A stretch of DNA of 32,000 nucleotides from an uncultured Candidatus Saccharibacteria bacterium (GTDB taxonomy: Bacteria; Patescibacteriota; UBA1384; XYA2-FULL-43-10; 1-14-0-10-43-13), in assembly GCA_964543385.1 (NCBI GenBank), contig CAZIYE010000004.1, forward strand, positions 17,233-49,232, written 5' to 3'. Below are positions 27,208 to 32,000 of the stretch, piece by piece (within the stretch, counting starts at the first letter, position 1; every line of letters starts with the position of its first letter). A program made the translations under genes and the position numbers. The notes under the pieces are model-generated. The model ran no database searches and was not told where the DNA came from. It saw only the letters and a list, made by a program, of their open reading frames with translations.

Positions 27208-28765
27208 TAATTTTTCTTGTGACTGCCCATTTCATTTCTTCTTGATCAAAGAAATAGCTAAGGGTAAAGAAGACAATTGCGCCGGAGACACAAGCAATAA
27301 TAGTTTGTGTTAAAACGCCAAAAAATCTGGTCATATCAACATAGAGAGATGCAATATGCATAGATGACCAAACTGCAACGCCCATAGCCATTGAGATTAT
27401 AAATGTAACCGCATAAGACCGAAGAAGATTCTTGTCCAAAACACCAGGGTATTTTTTATTGAGGAAATAGCTCAAGGTAAAAGCATTAAAATAACTACCT
27501 ATAGTGAATGCAAGTGCAAGGCCAGCAACTGAATAATATTTTGCCAAAGGAAAAGCAATTACGATGCTGACAACTACCGTTGCAATAGAACAGTACATTG
27601 GCGTTCTAGTATTTTTCATTGCATAGAAAGCCCTGCTAAAAAGGGGTACAAGGCCCTGAGCCAAAATGGACAATGAAAAGAATCCAAGCGCCAGAGCTGT
27701 CATCCTAGTATCACTCCAATCAAATTTACCTGACCCATAAAGAAGCCTGACAATTTGAGCCCTTAGAAGAATAAAGACAAAAGTTGATGGAATCAAAAAG
27801 TAGCCTATTGCTCTCAAGGCTCTGTTTAGATAAAAAGCAAATTCTTTTTCTTTTTTCTGAGCGATTTTGATGGCTAGCGTTGGGAATATCGCCGAAGAAA
27901 AGGCACTGCCCAAGACCATTACTGGGACAGATTGGATATTGTTGGCCAAAGTAAAAGCTGAAATGGAGCCGAAAGCCAGTGCTGAAGCAATGGCTGTATA
28001 GACTACTAGCATTACCTGGCCTGCTCCCATACTTATTGACCGCGGAACCATCAGTTTGATTATCTTTATAATATTCTCGTCTTTAAAAGAAACTATTGGT
28101 CTATATCTATAACCTAATTTTATAATTGACGGAATAATAATTAACAGATGAAGAAATGAACCAGCGACAACGGCGTACACGACCCCTGTTATCCCATATT
28201 GGGGGGCTAAAAAGACAGCGCCACAAATAATTGCTATATTGTAGAAAATCGGAGAAAGCGAATATATGAAAAAACGCTTGAAACAATTTAACATACCGCC
28301 CAAAACATAGGAGACCGAGAAGAATATCGGTGTTAACATCAACAGCCTAGACAAACGTACAGCCTCTTGCATACGATATTGATCAAATTTTGGCACTACT
28401 ACAGCCATCAAATAAGGCATAATAGCAATCAAGATGACGGCCGAAATACTGACGAAAATAAGTCCTGCATTAATCAACATATTGGCTACTTTAAAACCAT
28501 CTTCTTCTTTCTTGTGAGCGATAAACTCTGAAAAAACCGGAATAAACGCGGAAACGATGGCACCGAGAATCAAAAGATTAAAAATAAGATCAGGAATACG
28601 AAAAGCAGCATAGTAGATATCAAGATTGTAGAGATCAATATTTTTTGTCAGGAAACGATCACGAAGAAGCCCTAGGACATTACTAATAGTCAAAGTAACT
28701 ATCAAGATAATGCTGGCGCCACGGACAGAATTATCCTTATTAAAAAGGTTTAAAATCCTTTTCAT
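27182..28765 (-). CDS. murJ: Lipid II flippase MurJ
   Basis: Multi-pass membrane protein with GLLRDRFLTKNIDLYNLDIYYAAFRIPDLIFNLLILGAIVSAFIPVF and RLLYGSGKFDW, ALGFFSLSILAQGLVPLFSRAFYAMKNTRTP. Confidence 0.94.
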   Translation of the reverse strand: MKRILNLFNKDNSVRGASIILIVTLTISNVLGLLRDRFLTKNIDLYNLDIYYAAFRIPDLIFNLLILGAIVSAFIPVFSEFIAHKKEEDGFKVANMLINAGLIFVSISAVILIAIMPYLMAVVVPKFDQYRMQEAVRLSRLLMLTPIFFSVSYVLGGMLNCFKRFFIYSLSPIFYNIAIICGAVFLAPQYGITGVVYAVVAGSFLHLLIIIPSIIKLGYRYRPIVSFKDENIIKIIKLMVPRSISMGAGQVMLVVYTAIASALAFGSISAFTLANNIQSVPVMVLGSAFSSAIFPTLAIKIAQKKEKEFAFYLNRALRAIGYFLIPSTFVFILLRAQIVRLLYGSGKFDWSDTRMTALALGFFSLSILAQGLVPLFSRAFYAMKNTRTPMYCSIATVVVSIVIAFPLAKYYSVAGLALAFTIGSYFNAFTLSYFLNKKYPGVLDKNLLRSYAVTFIISMAMGVAVWSSMHIASLYVDMTRFFGVLTQTIIACVSGAIVFFTLSYFFDQEEMKWAVTRKINGESNNKE

Positions 28766-30573
28766 TTTTGTTTTTTATTTTCAGTAAAGTATTGATTGAA
28801 TTCAGTATCATTGATTGTTTCTTTTGCGAGAAGATCATCAGCAATCTTCTCAATAACTTTTTTATGAGTTTTTATGATATCGTCAGCACTTTTCTTGCCT
28901 ACGCGAATAAAGTTGGTGACTTCTTCGTCAATGATCTTGGCAATTTCTTCACTATAATTTCTATGTTCAGTATATTCCTTACCAAGAAATGGCATTTCAT
29001 CTCTGTGTCCATATATTTGAGGACCGAGCTTATCACTCATACCGAAGTCGGTTACCATTTTTCGCGCTAATTCGGTTGCTTTTTTCATATCATTAGAAGC
29101 ACCGGTAGTTATATTTTCTTTACCAAAGAATTCTTCTTCCGCGACTCGGCCAGCCATCAACGTTGCAATCTCATCCATGAAATGAGCCTTTGTTTGGAGA
29201 CGACGTTCTTCTGTCGGCATATTCCAAGTATAACCTAGAGCCATTCTTCTAGAAATAATTGAGATTTTGTGGACAGGATCTGCATTTGGCGATATGTGAC
29301 TAACTACTGCATGTCCAGCCTCATGGATAGCAGTTATGCGTCTTTCTTTCTCTGAGAGAACTCTGTTCTTTTTCTCAGGTCCCATCATGACTTTTTCAAT
29401 AGAGCTATTGAGATTATCCTGCGAAATAGTCTTTTTACCATCTCTAGCAGCCAATATTGCGGCTTCATTTGTCAAATTCTTTAAATCGGCGCCAGAAAAA
29501 CCAGGAGTTGACGCAGCTATTTTTTCTAATTTGACCTCGCCTTCAATAGGTTTATTTTTAGTATGAACTTTCAATATTTGCTCTCTTTCCTTACGATCTG
29601 GAAGATCAATATAAACTTGACGATCAAACCTACCTGGACGGAGAAGGGCAGGATCAAGTACGTCAGGACGATTTGTAGCAGCAACTATGATCACATTGTC
29701 TGTAGACTCAAATCCATCCATCTCAACCAATATTTGATTGAGTGTTTGTTCTCTTTCATCATGAGAACCGCCAAGACCGGAACCACGCTGACGCCCAATA
29801 GCGTCTAACTCATCGATAAAAATAATGGCTGGGGCATTTCTTTTTGCCTTTTGAAATAAATCTCTCACCCGGGAAGCACCAACACCTACAAACATCTCTA
29901 CGAACTCTGATGCGGAAATTGAAAAGAAGGGGACACCGGCTTCGCCAGCAACAGCCCTAGCCATCAAAGTTTTGCCAGTGCCCGGAGAACCTACAAGTAG
30001 AACACCTCTAGGTATTTCGGCGCCCAGATCTCGATATTTCTTCGGACTCTTTAGAAAATCAACTACTTCAAATAACTCTTGTTTGGCTTCTTCTGCACCT
30101 GCTACATCACCAAATGTAAATTTCTTGTTGCCAGCAAAAAGCTTGGCTGTGGATTTGCCAAAACTCATCGCCTTTGTATTTGCTCCCTGTGCAGATCTTA
30201 ACATGAAGAAGATGAAACCGCCTATCAACAAGATAGGTATGATAATTTGTAGTACCGAATACCAAGCAAAAGTGCTAGAAGTATCTTTGACATCGATTTG
30301 AACCTTGTCAGGTGTAATACCATAGTCCTTAATGCCTCCCTGAGTTGACTCTTTTATAGCCTTTATCTTCTGACCATTTTTCTTTGTGGCAGTGACTTCA
30401 TTGTTTTTTACTTCAACCTTGCTGATTTCACCTTTATCAACTTCTTGAGCAATTTCAGAGATAGAAACGCTTTTTATCTCAGGAGTCTTAGCAATAAAAC
30501 GATTTGAGATAAGGAAAAGCGCAACAATAATTATAATTATATAGATAACTGAGCGGTTGTAGTTTGTCTTCAC
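28762..30573 (-). CDS. ftsH: ATP-dependent zinc metalloprotease FtsH
   Basis: [55 protein letters not shown] (HEAGH). Likely GTG start at 30573 with upstream AAGGA; ORF track extends to 30633. Confidence 0.97.
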   Translation of the reverse strand: MKTNYNRSVIYIIIIIVALFLISNRFIAKTPEIKSVSISEIAQEVDKGEISKVEVKNNEVTATKKNGQKIKAIKESTQGGIKDYGITPDKVQIDVKDTSSTFAWYSVLQIIIPILLIGGFIFFMLRSAQGANTKAMSFGKSTAKLFAGNKKFTFGDVAGAEEAKQELFEVVDFLKSPKKYRDLGAEIPRGVLLVGSPGTGKTLMARAVAGEAGVPFFSISASEFVEMFVGVGASRVRDLFQKAKRNAPAIIFIDELDAIGRQRGSGLGGSHDEREQTLNQILVEMDGFESTDNVIIVAATNRPDVLDPALLRPGRFDRQVYIDLPDRKEREQILKVHTKNKPIEGEVKLEKIAASTPGFSGADLKNLTNEAAILAARDGKKTISQDNLNSSIEKVMMGPEKKNRVLSEKERRITAIHEAGHAVVSHISPNADPVHKISIISRRMALGYTWNMPTEERRLQTKAHFMDEIATLMAGRVAEEEFFGKENITTGASNDMKKATELARKMVTDFGMSDKLGPQIYGHRDEMPFLGKEYTEHRNYSEEIAKIIDEEVTNFIRVGKKSADDIIKTHKKVIEKIADDLLAKETINDTEFNQYFTENKKQK

Positions 30574-30583
30574 GATAAATCCT

Positions 30584-31576
30584 TTATGAAATATTAATGT
30601 TGGATATAATAATTTTACCATCAAGGAGTTCAATTATCAACGAATGGGGAAGGAGCTTAAACTTTTTCCCTATGCCCTTTTTTAGCATCAATGCAGCTTC
30701 GTCTAAATGCTTGATAGTGATATTGTCAAGAGAGTACAACTGTTCGAGACCAAGACGCAATATCATAGCCTGGATGGAGGGGTGGAGGCTAAGCCATTTC
30801 TTATAATCAAAACAGATTTTATCACTCTTCGACTCTACAACAATTTTGTACATCTCTTGTTTTGCAATTTGTTCAATAAAATCATAATCACAGGAGGCAT
30901 TCTTTGATATATTTACCAGAGCAGAGGTAATACTGGGATTTAATTTTGCAAGATATGGGATAAGATTGGCACGAATTTCATTTCTAAAATAGTCCTGCGA
31001 AAGATTGGTCTTATCGATAACAAAAGGTATGCCTTCTTTTTCGAGAAAATCTTCCACCTCTTTTCGACAAATATCCAAAAGGGGACGAACAAAATTTTTC
31101 CTTTTGTAGGGGATCGATTTAAGTCCTCTGATTCCGGTACCACGGATAAATCTCATCATCACTGTTTCAGCCTGATCATTTTGATTGTGTGCAATAGCGA
31201 TGAGATCTCCTCTCCCCTCTTTTAGAATTTTTTCAAAAAAGTCATATCGGGCATTCCTGGCACTATTTTCCCCGATTAATTTTATTTTTTTATCAGCGCT
31301 ACCGACGACACAATCAATTCCAAGATCATGGCACTTTTCCTGAACAAATTTTTCATCAGCGTCGCTCTCCGCTCCCCTGAGTCGATGATTAAAATGGCAA
31401 GCCGAAACTTGTATGGAAAGTTTATCTCTCAAAGCTAAAAGTACAAAAAGTAAAGCGATGGAATCTGGTCCACCACTCAAGGCAACGACTACTCTATCGC
31501 CTATCTTAATCAGATCATGTTTGCAAATAGTCTGATAAACTTTGCCATAAATAGATTTTTGGGAAAATTGGTTCAT
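30584..31576 (-). CDS. tilS: tRNA(Ile)-lysidine synthase TilS
   Basis: VVALSGGPDSIALLFVL PP-loop, HFNHRLRG, AHNQNDQAETVMMRFIRGTGIRGLKSIP, RPLLDICRKEVE. Confidence 0.95.
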   Translation of the reverse strand: MNQFSQKSIYGKVYQTICKHDLIKIGDRVVVALSGGPDSIALLFVLLALRDKLSIQVSACHFNHRLRGAESDADEKFVQEKCHDLGIDCVVGSADKKIKLIGENSARNARYDFFEKILKEGRGDLIAIAHNQNDQAETVMMRFIRGTGIRGLKSIPYKRKNFVRPLLDICRKEVEDFLEKEGIPFVIDKTNLSQDYFRNEIRANLIPYLAKLNPSITSALVNISKNASCDYDFIEQIAKQEMYKIVVESKSDKICFDYKKWLSLHPSIQAMILRLGLEQLYSLDNITIKHLDEAALMLKKGIGKKFKLLPHSLIIELLDGKIIISNINIS

Positions 31577-31603
31577 TATGCAGCCGGAATAGAATGTCTT
31601 TTT

Positions 31604-31628
31604 AAAAAAATCGGACTCTCTCCGATTT
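31604..31628 (-). terminator. Rho-independent terminator (minus strand), downstream of the tRNA-Met region
   Basis: Minus-strand reading AAATCGGA-GAGAG-TCCGATTTTTTT: 8-bp perfect stem followed by a T-tract. Confidence 0.75.
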
Positions 31629-31658
31629 ATTATATAACAATTTTTTAATACTAACTTG

Positions 31659-31842
31659 CCAACTTGTCTTTGGTAGCAGGGGGAGATCTTGAGCGTCGCT
31701 TGCGCTCCTTCTAAAAACCGACGGTTTTTAGTATTTTCCTACACGGGAAACTCCCGTTTCCCGACCCCTTCCCTGTTCAAATCATCTGCCAAGGACAAGC
31801 AGGCACTTTATGTCAACTTGTCCTTGGTAGCAGGGGGGAGAT
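31659..31842. repeat. Direct repeat of the tRNA-Met 3' end plus flank
   Basis: Copy 1 31659-31687 CCAACTTGTCTTTGGTAGCAGGGGGAGAT; copy 2 31813-31842 TCAACTTGTCCTTGGTAGCAGGGGGGAGAT. Confidence 0.8.
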
Positions 31843-31901
31843 TTGAACTCCCGACCCCAGGCTTATGAGTCCTGTGCTCTAACCAACTGAGCTACCCTGC
31901 C
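31825..31901 (-). tRNA. tRNA-Met(CAT), elongator-like, CCA encoded
   Basis: Minus strand GGCAGGGTAGCTCAGTTGGTTAGAGCACAGGACTCATAAGCCTGGGGTCGGGAGTTCAAATCTCCCCCCTGCTACCA; anticodon loop CTCATAA. Confidence 0.93.
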
Positions 31902-32000
31902 ATATTAAAAATGAATCAAGAATTATAAATCTAGAATCAGGGGATAAAACTAACGCCCACAATTCCCAATTCATGACTCATGATTCAAATTTTTTGGTAG

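Noticed and set aside
1-32000. CRISPR array, transposon or prophage
   Set aside because: No regularly spaced repeats, transposase, integrase or phage structural genes seen. The short direct repeat near tRNA-Met is the only mobile-element-like trace.
1-32000. Alternative genetic code (UGA as Gly, as in some CPR lineages)
   Set aside because: Housekeeping ORFs end normally and show no conserved-domain continuation through UGA.

Overview
The window is a gene-dense, AT-rich bacterial chromosomal segment using the standard code. The compact operons and reduced domain architectures suggest a reduced-genome lineage such as CPR/Patescibacteria; that is inference from gene style, not a phylogenetic result. 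Most of it is housekeeping: queA, queH, ruvB, ruvA, ruvC, galT, yebC-like, a two-ORF comEC, a grpE-dnaK-dnaJ heat-shock cluster, lepA, nfo, murJ, ftsH, tilS, tRNA-Lys(TTT) and tRNA-Met(CAT). I see no CRISPR array, transposase or rRNA. The best candidate for an undescribed system is 4527-8256. It holds two tandem paralogous cyanophycin-synthetase/GshF-like ATP-grasp ligases, divergent from a PGM1-like peptide-ligase homologue, with a structured intergenic element between them. A fourth, sugar-transfer-type ATP-grasp protein lies beside murJ. Other notable points are: a near-perfect 26-bp palindrome (12-bp arms) overlapping the likely dnaK promoter; a minimal DnaJ lacking the zinc finger and apparently one beta-domain; two insulated small genes that are GC-rich relative to their surroundings, each with a strong Shine-Dalgarno and an elaborate terminator; a comEC split exactly at the membrane/MBL domain boundary; and a duplicated tRNA-Met 3' end flanking a hairpin-rich segment.
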